From Sminthopsis crassicaudata (taxonomy: Eukaryota), in contig NC_133617.1 of assembly GCF_048593235.1 (NCBI RefSeq), forward strand, positions 185,340,937 to 185,404,936: 64,000 nucleotides of DNA. Reading direction: 5' to 3'. Made by a program: the position numbers and the translations under genes. Below are positions 63,839 to 64,000 of the stretch, in pieces. The notes beneath the pieces are model-generated. The model was not told the DNA's origin and did no database searches. It saw only the letters and a program-made list of their open reading frames with translations. Every line of letters starts with the position of its first letter. Positions within the stretch are counted from its first letter, which is position 1.

Positions 63839-64000
63839 GTAAGTGCAAAAAAAGAGATATGCTGTTCCCTAATGGCTTATTACCATTACATTTGCAATTC
63901 AGATCAGCTCTAAATTGACTGAAATTTTTAAACACATAGCAGGCAGTTTAAACTAATGATTGTCTGGAGGTTCACATCTGACATGAACTAAGCTTCTGTT

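Noticed and set aside
1-64000. CRISPR arrays, tRNA/rRNA/snRNA genes, NUMTs, processed pseudogenes and intact retroviral or transposase ORFs
   Set aside because: None recognised on either strand; all long repeats are decayed mammalian transposable elements.

Overview
This is AT-rich, CpG-depleted mammalian DNA. Its repeat content points to a marsupial, probably a dasyurid such as the Tasmanian devil (inference): MIR/MIR3, Mar1 CORE-RTE SINEs, a MAR3/MdoRep1-like SINE, marsupial L1 3' UTRs, a BovB-type RTE, L2, L3/CR1 and hAT MITEs. I could not recognise any protein-coding gene, tRNA, rRNA or CRISPR array. Almost all supplied ORFs come from repeats, microsatellites or chance, so the window reads as intronic or intergenic. 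There is one 130-N assembly gap (17474-17603). The dominant structure is an old L1 (about 41836-49108) with both ends and a 16-bp target-site duplication (TSD). It carries a nested antisense L1 with a 10-bp TSD, which in turn holds an LTR-like insert. Just upstream is a cluster of local rearrangements: a perfect 35-bp-arm palindrome, a 33-bp tandem duplication and a 30-bp direct repeat 1.13 kb apart. A perfect 14-bp-arm hairpin lies in unique sequence at 52.8 kb. Several candidate exons and enhancer-like motif clusters are listed at low confidence. I found no convincing evidence of a novel biological system. Repeat boundaries are read by eye and approximate (about 20-50 bp) unless a TSD is quoted, and family names are from recall of consensus sequences, not a search.
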